A stretch of DNA of 64,000 nt from Microbacteriaceae bacterium (GCA_025465095.1 JAODME010000037.1:27137-91136); one strand, 5' to 3'. Positions 30,395 through 38,805 are shown, counted from the stretch's first letter. Program-made: numbers and translations. Notes: generated by a model not told the origin, from the letters alone.

Positions 30395-30819
30395 CGGGCG
30401 CCCCAGAATCGCGACACTTGCTGGGTCGCGGATGCCTGCACGGGGATGCTGAGCGGAACCGCGAGGTCGAGCATCGGTGGCACCAACGGAAGTGGCACCG
30501 AAACCCGCACCGAAACAGTCACCGGGCGGAGCCTCGTGAGGCAGGCACCCGGATCGCAACTGATCTGGACCTCGGATGCTGACGATCCGAGCCCGTAATC
30601 GGCGAGAGCGACGCCGATCGCACGTTCGGCGACCGCCCTGGCTGCTTGCTCGTTTTCCGCCCGCACGAACACGCTCACCGCCTGGCGCGCCGCGCCCTCG
30701 ACGGCGAAGGCGCCGCCCTGGAGAGCCGACATCACGAGGACGAGGTAGACCATCGGCAGGAGCAGGAGCATGCCGGCGGTGATGAACTCGAGCGAAGCGG
30801 AGCCCTCGTCGCGGCCCAT
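30391..30819 (-). CDS. TadE-family pseudopilin
   Basis: N-terminus MGRDEGSASLEFITAGMLLLLPMVYLVL (TadE-like G-S-A-x-x-E-F motif plus hydrophobic helix). Confidence 0.7.
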   Translation of the reverse strand: MGRDEGSASLEFITAGMLLLLPMVYLVLVMSALQGGAFAVEGAARQAVSVFVRAENEQAARAVAERAIGVALADYGLGSSASEVQISCDPGACLTRLRPVTVSVRVSVPLPLVPPMLDLAVPLSIPVQASATQQVSRFWGAR

Positions 30820-30844
30820 CCGGCTCCTCCGCCAGGCTCTCCGC

Positions 30845-31234
30845 TCAGTCGAGTATCTCGACGGCCGCATGACCGGTCACCTCCAGTCCGCCGTCCGGTC
30901 CGATCAGGCCCATGAGCGGCAGCGGCGCGCGCACCGTTACGATCGCGGCCGGATGCCCCAGGTAGTCGCCGTAAACCGCCGACACGCTTTCGGCGTATCT
31001 CGGCCCCAGCGCGACCGAGATCAGATCGGTGGCCCGCGCCACCCCGTCGTCGAGGCCGTTGTCGGCAAGCGCGGCGGTACGCGCCCCCTCCGCCGCGGCG
31101 TCGATCACGGTGTTGCGGATGTGCAGGGCGAGCCCGAGCTGCAGAACGGAGACCGTGAGCACCGTGAGCAGCGCGGCGACGAGCACGAACTCCGCAGCGG
31201 CCGAGCCGGAGTCGTCGAGCCGCAATCTGCGCAT
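30845..31234 (-). CDS. TadE-family pseudopilin
   Basis: DDSGSAAAEFVLVAALLTVLTVSVLQLGL N-terminus. Confidence 0.7.
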   Translation of the reverse strand: MRRLRLDDSGSAAAEFVLVAALLTVLTVSVLQLGLALHIRNTVIDAAAEGARTAALADNGLDDGVARATDLISVALGPRYAESVSAVYGDYLGHPAAIVTVRAPLPLMGLIGPDGGLEVTGHAAVEILD

Positions 31235-31241
31235 CCCGTGG

Positions 31242-31415
31242 TCAGAACGCGGTGACTCGGCTGATGGCCTGCTCGAATACTCCGCTCAGCGCGGGGCCGG
31301 CAAGGGCCCAGATCACGATCACGAGCCCGGCAGTCATCAAAGTGATGAGAACCCACCCGGGGACGTCACCCCTTTCGTCCCGCGTCGTCGTTTGAAACAG
31401 TTGAAGTCGGATCAT
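31242..31415 (-). CDS. 57-aa Flp-like pilin candidate (not in the ORF track; non-canonical processing motif)
   Basis: My own translation of the minus strand: MIRLQLFQTTTRDERGDVPGWVLITLMTAGLVIVIWALAGPALSGVFEQAISRVTAF. SD-like aaaggaa lies 6 nt upstream of the ATG. It fills the tadC-tadE gap exactly, in the position of flp in actinobacterial tad loci. Confidence 0.65.
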   Translation of the reverse strand: MIRLQLFQTTTRDERGDVPGWVLITLMTAGLVIVIWALAGPALSGVFEQAISRVTAF

Positions 31416-31437
31416 TGTCGTTTCCTTTCGATGCCGG

Positions 31438-32388
31438 TCAGAATCCGAATTGGAGTACGAAGATTCCCGGGTAGATCGCGAAGAGGATGGTTGTGGGCAG
31501 AATCAGGAAGACGAGCGGTACGAGCATCGCAACCTCTTTCTTGCCGGCGGTCTCGAGAAGTTCCCGTTTCGCTTCGTCGCGAGCATCCTGTGCCTGCGCG
31601 CGCAGCACGTCGGCGAGCGGGGTTCCCCGCTCGAGCGCTCCGACGATCTGCTCGACCGCCCGAGTTAGCGGCTGGAGTTGAATCTCACCGGCGAGCTTCT
31701 GCAACGATGCGGCGAACGGGAGCCCGGTGTTCGCTGCGGCGACCGTTGCGGCGAGTTCGGCTGCGAGCTCCCCTCCACTGATCCGGGAGACCCGTCGGAT
31801 CGCGTCGAGAACGCCCTCCCCCGCCGACAGGCTGAGCGTGAGGAATTCGAGAACGGTGGGAAGCTCCGCCGTCATGCGCTTCAGCCTCGCCGTCGCGGCG
31901 CGCTGGAGGAGACGATCTCGAACGAGGACGCCCGAAATACCGGCGAAGACGACTACGGCGAGCTGCACCGGCAGTGGCGTCGGCTGAGCCCGGGCGAGCG
32001 CGAACACGGCGGCAGTTCCCGCCGCGACTCCGCCGAGGGACCATGCGAGCTGACCGGACCGGAATGCATCGACGGTGAGGGACGACCCGGACTGGCGCAG
32101 CCTCGTCTCGGTCGCCATCGACCCGCCGAGCATTCCTCCCAGGAGCCGCCGCCACCGGTCGAGCACGGGACCGAACACCGTACCGACCACGGGAAGCGGA
32201 TTCACCGTCTGCCGGGCGAGCAGTTCTCGAGCGCCGGGTGACATATCAACGAGGTACGGCGCGACCCGGTAGAGCAGACGGGGCCGGTCGAGCTTGGGAA
32301 CGAGGCTGACAAGCGCCCACAGCCCGAAGCCGAGGCCGACCCCGCAGAGCAGCGCCCAGGCGAGCTGAGGAGTGACCGGTGGCGTCAT
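31438..32388 (-). CDS. tadC: type II secretion system F-family membrane protein (TadC)
   Basis: T2SSF-like region LPTVLEFLTLSLSAGEGVLDAIRRV, C-terminal TM pair. ATG-32388 overlaps the tadB stop (ATGA). Confidence 0.8.
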   Translation of the reverse strand: MTPPVTPQLAWALLCGVGLGFGLWALVSLVPKLDRPRLLYRVAPYLVDMSPGARELLARQTVNPLPVVGTVFGPVLDRWRRLLGGMLGGSMATETRLRQSGSSLTVDAFRSGQLAWSLGGVAAGTAAVFALARAQPTPLPVQLAVVVFAGISGVLVRDRLLQRAATARLKRMTAELPTVLEFLTLSLSAGEGVLDAIRRVSRISGGELAAELAATVAAANTGLPFAASLQKLAGEIQLQPLTRAVEQIVGALERGTPLADVLRAQAQDARDEAKRELLETAGKKEVAMLVPLVFLILPTTILFAIYPGIFVLQFGF

Positions 32389-33251
32389 CGAAACCACCTG
32401 TGCTCCTCGGGCATCCGTCCGATGCTCATCATGAGTCGATACGCCACGACGCTCACAACGAGGCCACCGGTGATGAGAACGATCCCTGACCCGGTGTTGT
32501 ACGCGGCCGCCGCTTCCGGACGCGTCGAGAGCAGGACGAGGATGATCCACGGCGCTGCCACTCCCAGCCGCGCCGAGTTCATCACCCACGACTGCCGAGC
32601 CTCCACCTCTGCCCGCAGTGCCGCCTCCTGCCGAAGGTAGGCGGCCAGGTTGCGCAGCACCGTGGTCAGCTCGCTTCCGCCCACCTCGCGGGACATCCGA
32701 AGGGTTTCTAGCACCCGATCGGCGACCGGGTCGGCGAGTCGGTCCTTCAGCTTGTCGACGCCGAGTCCGAAGTCGCCGGTCGCCCGGTAGCCGCGCTCGA
32801 ACTCGAGAAGCGCCTCACGGACGGCCGTGGGACCGGCACGCGCGAGTGTCACGACACTGTCCGGCAAAGCAAGACCCGAGCGCACGGCAGACACGAGGTG
32901 GTCCACCAGATCCGGCCACACGGTTCGGCCCGCAGTTCGGTGTGTCCTCGCGCGAGCGTTGATCACGGTCACAGGCAAAACGAGGGCGACGATTCCCGCG
33001 ATGACGGCGAGAGCGAGGACCGGCACGATCGCGAAGGTGAAGGCCGCCGCGGCGACCGCCAGAAGAATCGACACGGCCAGAAGCGTGGGGATCGTGACGC
33101 TGTGCAGGCCCGCCTGGGTCATCCGGTCCCGCAGCACCCGCGCCGGTCTCGACGCGATTCGTGGAGCCCTGATCGCGCGCGCTGGCCAGAGGACGGGTGA
33201 CACCACGAGCATGAGCCCGAGACCCAGAGCGCACCCGAGGAGCAGTGTCAC
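32385..33251 (-). CDS. tadB: type II secretion system F-family membrane protein (TadB)
   Basis: T2SSF-like WPDLVDHLVSAVRSGLALPDSV. GTG-33251 overlaps the cpaF stop (GTGA). Confidence 0.75.
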   Translation of the reverse strand: MTLLLGCALGLGLMLVVSPVLWPARAIRAPRIASRPARVLRDRMTQAGLHSVTIPTLLAVSILLAVAAAAFTFAIVPVLALAVIAGIVALVLPVTVINARARTHRTAGRTVWPDLVDHLVSAVRSGLALPDSVVTLARAGPTAVREALLEFERGYRATGDFGLGVDKLKDRLADPVADRVLETLRMSREVGGSELTTVLRNLAAYLRQEAALRAEVEARQSWVMNSARLGVAAPWIILVLLSTRPEAAAAYNTGSGIVLITGGLVVSVVAYRLMMSIGRMPEEHRWFR

Positions 33252-34480
33252 GATCCACCCCTCGACAGCACGGACGATAGATCGAAGCCGGCCGCCCGGA
33301 ACCCCGCCGACTTCGTCGGATAGCTTCCCGTCGCCTCGAGGACACCATGCTCTAGAGCGAAGATGGTGCTCGCCTCGATGACCATTCCCGTCACGATCCC
33401 GCTCGGCGCCACTATTTCGGTGACCCATCGGCGGCCGGAGGTTTCAAGTCGGCAATGCACGACGACGTCGATGACGTTCGCGACGGTGGGAACGACGAAC
33501 GAGGCGTCGATGTTGCGTCCAGCGAGCAACGGCAGCACGGCGAGCTTGGAGAGAGCATCGCGGGCGCCGTTGGCATGGATGGACGACATGCCGGGGAGGC
33601 CAGAGTTGAGCGCGATGAGCAGGTCGAGCGACTCCGCCTCGCGCACCTCCCCGACCACGAGGCGGTCCGGGCGCATCCGCAGGGCCTCCTTGATCAGCCG
33701 GCGCAAGCTGATCTCGCCGCTGCCCTCGAGGCTCGGCTGCCGGCATTGCATCGCGACCGTGTCGCGCGCGTCGAGGTCGAGCTCGAATGTCTCCTCGACC
33801 GTCACGATCCGTTCGGCAGGCCGCGAAGCCGACAGCAGCGCATTGAGCAGAGTCGTCTTCCCGCTCTGGGTAGCGCCGGAGACGAGGACGTTCTGCCCCG
33901 CCAGGACGCACATGCGCAGGAACTCGGCCGACTGGCGCGTGAGCGATCCGAGCGCTACAAGGCGGTGCAGATCCCGGATGCGTTTGGAGAACTTACGGAT
34001 GTTGACGGCCCAGTGCTTTTGTGTCACGTCGGGGATGACAACATGGAGCCGTGATCCATCGGGCAGCGACGCGTCGACGAAAGGCGAGCTCAGATCGACG
34101 CGGCGACCGGAGGACTGCAGCATCCGTTCGACCAGGTCCCGCACCTCCGTCGCGGTCAGGCGGATGTCGGTGAGTTCGGGCACCCCGCCGCGGGCTACGA
34201 ACACACGGTCGGGCCCGTTGATCCAGATTTCCTCGATTTCCGGGTCGTCGAAGTAGGCCTGCAGCACGCCGAAACCGGTGATGGTCGCAACGATCTGCCG
34301 CGCGACGTGTGCCTCGTCGGCGAGCATCGGCAGGGTCCCGCCGAGCGCGCGTTCGGCGTAGCGCTGCACCTCGTCGCGCACATAACGATTCGCGAGTTCA
34401 CGGTCGGCCCCGAGGTCGACACCGTCGCGCCGCACTCTCTCCCGCACCTGGTCGGTGATGAGCGTGAGAGCGGAGCGCAT
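33248..34480 (-). CDS. tadA: CpaF/TadA-family secretion ATPase
   Basis: Walker A GATQSGKTTLLNALL, Asp box and Walker B (RIVTVEETFELD, RPDRLVVGEVR), His box SSIHANG. Confidence 0.9.
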   Translation of the reverse strand: MRSALTLITDQVRERVRRDGVDLGADRELANRYVRDEVQRYAERALGGTLPMLADEAHVARQIVATITGFGVLQAYFDDPEIEEIWINGPDRVFVARGGVPELTDIRLTATEVRDLVERMLQSSGRRVDLSSPFVDASLPDGSRLHVVIPDVTQKHWAVNIRKFSKRIRDLHRLVALGSLTRQSAEFLRMCVLAGQNVLVSGATQSGKTTLLNALLSASRPAERIVTVEETFELDLDARDTVAMQCRQPSLEGSGEISLRRLIKEALRMRPDRLVVGEVREAESLDLLIALNSGLPGMSSIHANGARDALSKLAVLPLLAGRNIDASFVVPTVANVIDVVVHCRLETSGRRWVTEIVAPSGIVTGMVIEASTIFALEHGVLEATGSYPTKSAGFRAAGFDLSSVLSRGGS

Positions 34481-34544
34481 CCCGTCATCATGGGTGGGAT
34501 CGCGCCGAGGCGTTCCTAGTTATCCACAGGGCGTCTCTGCGGGC

Positions 34545-35738
34545 TCAGTCGACGAGCGCGTTCCGCAGGTCCGCGGTCAGCGGGCGGGGCCCGTCGCCCC
34601 CTCCGAACAGGCGTGCGCAGCCGTCGAGTTCGGCCGACAGCGACGCTCCGACCAGCTGACCGGCGCGCAACGGGTAGATCACCGCGAACGACCCCAACGG
34701 TTCGTGGCACGGTCCGGCGGGCTCGGCAGAAGCGACGTTCGCGAGGAGATCCCGGATGACCTCGCCGGGAAGTATCTTCCCGGAGACGAACCTGCCGGTC
34801 TGCAAGGTGCTCATGTTCTCGAATCCGGGAAGCGCGTTGCCATCGACATCCCGCAGGACCGGCTCGTCACCGCCGGGAGGGACGGGAATCCCCACGTATC
34901 GGCACAGCCGGGCCCCGTCCGCCTTCTCGAAGCCAGGAACGAGCCCGGGCGACGGAGGGCTCATCGGCACGTTCTCAGAGCCCGACGGTGCGCCCGGATC
35001 GGGATGGGCGATTGCGATCGCTCCGCCGAACGGCACGGTCTCCTCCGAGGGGCAACCGGCCTCGAGCGCAGCCCGCGACTCCAGCAACTCGCCGCGATGC
35101 TCGACGATTTCGACGACCGTCAGGTCAGCGAGCGCCTCGCGCACCCCGCCCTTGGTCTTCCCGCAGGCGTTGCGCGGCCACGCCGGGCGCATGGCTCTTC
35201 CCGCGGCATCCGTCAGCCACAATTCCGGCACGATCTCAGCGTCGGCGGTGCAGAGCAGGAACGGCGGGGCCGGATCGGAGGGTTCGGCGAACGCCCGAAT
35301 CAACGGCTCGAGGTCCCCCTCGAGCCTCTCCTCGGTCGTGACCGAGAAGATCCCCTCCTCATCCTCGACCGATCCCGTCAGGTCGCAGACATAGACCGCC
35401 ACCGGGTTGAAGTGCGCTGGGACCGCACCGGGACTCGGCGCGTCGGGCCTGCTGTCGTCGGTCGCTCCCGGCGCGGGAGGGAGCTCCCAGCCGCCGAGAT
35501 TCGGGGCCAGGCAGTCATGGTTTTCGACGATCACGGCGGTGGGCCGGTCGGGCATGCCGGGCGTTGTCGCGCATCCGGCGAGGAATGCGCTGCCGAGAAC
35601 AACGGCCGCCAGTGCTGCGAATCGGGAATGTCCCCGGGCCGCGGGCTTCGCACCTGAACCTGCACGTGGACGGTACCGAATAGTGATCACACTAGTGTCA
35701 ACGACCGGGTCGCCGGAAACGTTGGGCGAACGTGTCAT
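34545..35738 (-). CDS. Cys-rich lipoprotein of unknown function, first gene of the tad operon
   Basis: Lipobox AVVLGSAFLAGCATT after a basic n-region. No family recognised. Start is ambiguous (ATG-35744, ATG-35738 or GTG-35690). The longer track ORF runs through the tRNA gene and was trimmed. Confidence 0.55.
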   Translation of the reverse strand: MTRSPNVSGDPVVDTSVITIRYRPRAGSGAKPAARGHSRFAALAAVVLGSAFLAGCATTPGMPDRPTAVIVENHDCLAPNLGGWELPPAPGATDDSRPDAPSPGAVPAHFNPVAVYVCDLTGSVEDEEGIFSVTTEERLEGDLEPLIRAFAEPSDPAPPFLLCTADAEIVPELWLTDAAGRAMRPAWPRNACGKTKGGVREALADLTVVEIVEHRGELLESRAALEAGCPSEETVPFGGAIAIAHPDPGAPSGSENVPMSPPSPGLVPGFEKADGARLCRYVGIPVPPGGDEPVLRDVDGNALPGFENMSTLQTGRFVSGKILPGEVIRDLLANVASAEPAGPCHEPLGSFAVIYPLRAGQLVGASLSAELDGCARLFGGGDGPRPLTADLRNALVD

Positions 35739-35766
35739 CCGCATCGAAGCTAAGCTGTTTTCGCTC

Positions 35767-35848
35767 GCGGGAGTGGTGAAATTGGTATACACGCAGGATT
35801 TAGGTTCCTGTGCCGCAAGGCGTGAGGGTTCAAGTCCCTTCTCCCGCA
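35767..35848 (+). tRNA. tRNA-Leu (anticodon UAG), type II with long variable arm, no encoded CCA
   Basis: Acceptor GCGGGAG/CTCCCGC, D-arm GTG-AAATTGGTATA-CAC, anticodon arm CAGGA-TTTAGGT-TCCTG, variable arm TGCCGCAAGGCGT, T-arm GAGGG-TTCAAGT-CCCTT, discriminator A. Confidence 0.9.
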
Positions 35849-35997
35849 CTTCGAACGGCCCGGAACTGCCGGCGCCACCAGGTGGCAACCCGGCAGGGCT
35901 GCGATCCCGGCACCTGCTTGCCGAGGAACGACGGGCGTTGAGAGGACCGACCGCGGTCAAGGCGGCCGACTGAGAAACGCCGCACAACCGGCTCTGG

Positions 35998-37254
35998 TCA
36001 GTGCGGTGCGGTGGCTAGAGCTGCCAGCTCTGCACGAGAGGTTGTGCCCGTCTTACGCAGAACGTTTGCGACGTGGAATTTCACTGTGTTCTCGCTGATC
36101 GTCAGTTCCTGGCTGATCGGCTTGTTACGTTTGCCAGCAGCCAGGAGGGCGAGAACGTCACGCTCTCGTCGGGTGAGTCCCTCGACCGCGGGCAGCATTG
36201 GGGCAGAGCCCGCATCCAGCGGCAGAATGATGTCGAGCTGTGATCCCCACCCGGACGTTGACTGCAGGTTGACCGTGCCGTCGAGAACCGCGACACGCGC
36301 GGTCAGCTGCACCAGGCCCGGCGACGTCAGACGGATGTCGCCAGCGCCATTGTCGCGGATGCCGATGAGCAGATTCGAGCCGTCGCAGTCCCACTGGATG
36401 CGGACCCGGTCGACCGCTTCGCTGTCCGAAAGAGCGAGCACCGCGCCGCGCACCACGGCGCGGGCGGCGTGGGCCACTTCACCTGGCAGCGGACGTCCCT
36501 CTGTGGGCGGAGGTACGAATTCGACATCGAGTCCGCCGTGCTTGACGAGCGGGGCGAGGTCGTCACGCAGTCTCTCGAAGGCGCTTTGCACCGGCTCCTC
36601 GGCGAGCATCCGGTCCCGGTCCGAGATCGATCTCAGCTGCACCATTGCGGCGGCGGCCATGTCCACCGCACGTTGCCGCGCCGCGGCATCGCCGTGCATG
36701 GGGGAACGCAGCACGGCGAGGAGAGACTCCAGAGTGGTGGCATGCGTGTCGGTGAGATCGGCGATGAGGCTCGCCCGGTCGCGCGAGGCCGAGCGCGAGT
36801 CGACGATATAGGACGGTGACGCCGCCATCACTTGCTGGCGGATACTGAGCGCGATGAGTTGCCACACCTCTTGCACGAGGGCAATAGTGGAATCGGACAA
36901 CTCCCCGCCAGAAACGTCGACCAGCACGAGGATAGCGGCGGTATCGGCGGTCCAGACCACGACGCGGTGCAGCGACCCGCCGATCCTCGCATCACCGGTG
37001 AGCGTCGATCGGGCCGCGGCGTCGCGCAGCACGTCCAGTTCGGCGATGGTCACTTTTTCGATGATCTCTGCAAGCCCCGCCTTTTTCTGCGGGCGGCCCG
37101 TGCAGTCCTCCGTGAAGATAATCAAAGCAGAGTGCCCGATACTCGGCCTGAGCATCGTCGAGAGCGAAGCGGCGATACCGAGCAATGACTGGCCCATCAC
37201 CTCGCGCACCTGCGAGAGCAGCTCGTTTGAGTGGTTTTCAGCGAGAGGAACCAT
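35998..37254 (-). CDS. LuxR-family transcriptional regulator with N-terminal sensor-like domain and degenerate histidine-kinase-like core (no receiver domain)
   Basis: C-terminal GerE HTH LTRRERDVLALLAAGKRNKPISQELTISENTVKFHVANVLRK. Central HATPase-like LLIGIRDNGAGD ... GWGSQLDIILPL. Divergent from hxlB. Confidence 0.7.
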   Translation of the reverse strand: MVPLAENHSNELLSQVREVMGQSLLGIAASLSTMLRPSIGHSALIIFTEDCTGRPQKKAGLAEIIEKVTIAELDVLRDAAARSTLTGDARIGGSLHRVVVWTADTAAILVLVDVSGGELSDSTIALVQEVWQLIALSIRQQVMAASPSYIVDSRSASRDRASLIADLTDTHATTLESLLAVLRSPMHGDAAARQRAVDMAAAAMVQLRSISDRDRMLAEEPVQSAFERLRDDLAPLVKHGGLDVEFVPPPTEGRPLPGEVAHAARAVVRGAVLALSDSEAVDRVRIQWDCDGSNLLIGIRDNGAGDIRLTSPGLVQLTARVAVLDGTVNLQSTSGWGSQLDIILPLDAGSAPMLPAVEGLTRRERDVLALLAAGKRNKPISQELTISENTVKFHVANVLRKTGTTSRAELAALATAPH

Positions 37255-37356
37255 ACCGAAACCCTACTCCAATGCAGGCGCACTACCCGACCGGGTGGGA
37301 AAGACTCCCCTAATGGGTGGGCGTGTTGCCGACCCGATCAGCCGAAAGATAGAAGC

Positions 37357-37938
37357 ATGCTCCCGGCCGCACACCTCTCCGTCACCACCGCGCTCGACGC
37401 AATCTACTCGGAGTTGACCGCGACCGGCGACGCGATTAGCGCGACGAACGGTGAGGCTCTCAACCTCGCCGCCCATGCTCTGCGCGGCGCAGGGCGGGTG
37501 TTCACTCTCGGAGCCGGCCGCTCCGGGCTTGCGTTGAACATGACGGCGATGCGCCTCATGCATCTGGGGCTCACGGTTCACGTCGTCGGTGAAGCAACCG
37601 CTCCCGCCATCGAAGCCGGTGACGCGCTTCTCGTTGCCAGCGGATCCGGAACCACCGAGGGCATCGTTCGCGCCGTTCAAAAGGCCGGTGAGGCGGGAGC
37701 GTCCACGATCGCCATCACCGCCGACGAGTCATCCGTTATCGCCGACCTGTCCAACGTGACCATCGTCGTGCCTGCCGCTCGCAAGCTCGACCGCGACAGT
37801 GCCAACTCGGTGCAGTACGCGGGAAGCCTCTTTGAGCAGTCGGTAGCGATTATCGGCGACGCTCTCTTCCATGCACTGTGGAAATCCTCGGGGCAGACGG
37901 CAGACGAACTCTGGCCCCGCCACTCCAATCTCGAATAG
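37357..37938 (+). CDS. hxlB: 6-phospho-3-hexuloisomerase (SIS domain)
   Basis: GRVFTLGAGRSGLALNMTAMRLMHLG, LLVASGSGTTEG, ITADESS. Immediately upstream of hxlA. Confidence 0.8.
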   Translation: MLPAAHLSVTTALDAIYSELTATGDAISATNGEALNLAAHALRGAGRVFTLGAGRSGLALNMTAMRLMHLGLTVHVVGEATAPAIEAGDALLVASGSGTTEGIVRAVQKAGEAGASTIAITADESSVIADLSNVTIVVPAARKLDRDSANSVQYAGSLFEQSVAIIGDALFHALWKSSGQTADELWPRHSNLE

Positions 37939-37967
37939 TCCCCGCCTCAAGAAAGCAAGGAATCACT

Positions 37968-38591
37968 ATGAAGCTCCAGGTAGCAATGGACGTACTAACC
38001 ACCGCCGACGCACTCGCTCTCGCGGGCAAGGTCGCCGAGCACGTCGACATCATCGAGCTCGGCACCCCGCTCATCAAGGCTGAGGGCCTCCGCGCCATCA
38101 CCGCAGTCAAGGAGGCCCACCCCGATAAGATCGTCTTCGCCGACCTCAAGACGATGGATGCCGGCGAGCTCGAGGCGGACATCGCGTTCTCTGCCGGTGC
38201 CGACCTCGTCACCGTACTCGGCACGGCCGGAGACAGCACCATCGTCGGCGCGGTGAAGGCCGCGAAGAAGCATGGAAAGGGTATCGTCGTCGATCTCATC
38301 GGCGTCGCCGACAAGGCCGCTCGCGCCCGTGAGGTCATCGCTCTCGGGGCCGAGTTCGTCGAAATGCACGCGGGTCTCGACGAGCAGGCCGAAGAGGGCT
38401 TCACGTTCAACACTCTGCTGTCCGATGGTGCCGATTCCGGCGTCGCCTTCTCGATCGCCGGTGGCGTCAGCGTCGCAACGATCGAAGCAGTTCAGGAGTC
38501 AGGCGCCAGCGTTGCCGTAGCCGGTGGCGCCATCTACGGCGCTGCCGACCCTGCAGCCGCTGCTGCCGAGCTTCGCGCAGCAATCGCCTAA
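37968..38591 (+). CDS. hxlA: 3-hexulose-6-phosphate synthase (OMPDC-family)
   Basis: MKLQVAMDVLTTADALALA, IIELGTPLIKAEG, FADLKTMDAG, VEMHAGLDEQ, and a C-terminal AGGAIYGAADP. SD gaaagcaagga lies upstream. Confidence 0.85.
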   Translation: MKLQVAMDVLTTADALALAGKVAEHVDIIELGTPLIKAEGLRAITAVKEAHPDKIVFADLKTMDAGELEADIAFSAGADLVTVLGTAGDSTIVGAVKAAKKHGKGIVVDLIGVADKAARAREVIALGAEFVEMHAGLDEQAEEGFTFNTLLSDGADSGVAFSIAGGVSVATIEAVQESGASVAVAGGAIYGAADPAAAAAELRAAIA

Positions 38592-38607
38592 CAGCCAGAT
38601 AAGGAGG

Positions 38608-38640
38608 GGGCCAGCTGTGAGAACAGCTGGCCCTTTCATT
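38608..38640 (+). terminator. Rho-independent terminator of hxlBA
   Basis: gggccagctgt-gaga-acagctggccc (perfect 11-bp stem) followed by tttcatt. Confidence 0.8.
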
Positions 38641-38805
38641 CGTCTTGCTGTTGGGTTGAAGACATACCGCCATCGACCAGGATCGGCCGCGACGTGGTTC
38701 GATTCGGGTGCGGCGAAAAACGTGTTGGCGGGGTCGGGCATATGCGTGTTCACGGTGATACCCCACGGCCCACCGGCGACCCGTGACTTGTGACGATCGC
38801 TCGGC

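Noticed and set aside
35739-35987. N-terminal extension of the lipoprotein ORF (34545-35987).
   Set aside because: The extension reads through the tRNA-Leu gene on the opposite strand. A lipobox signal peptide follows the internal starts, so the ORF was trimmed.
35849-38805. Calling the tRNA-Leu islet an active integrative mobile element.
   Set aside because: No integrase, excisionase, transposase or conjugation gene is present, and the flanking repeat is imperfect. It is reported only as a possible ancient insertion in the findings.
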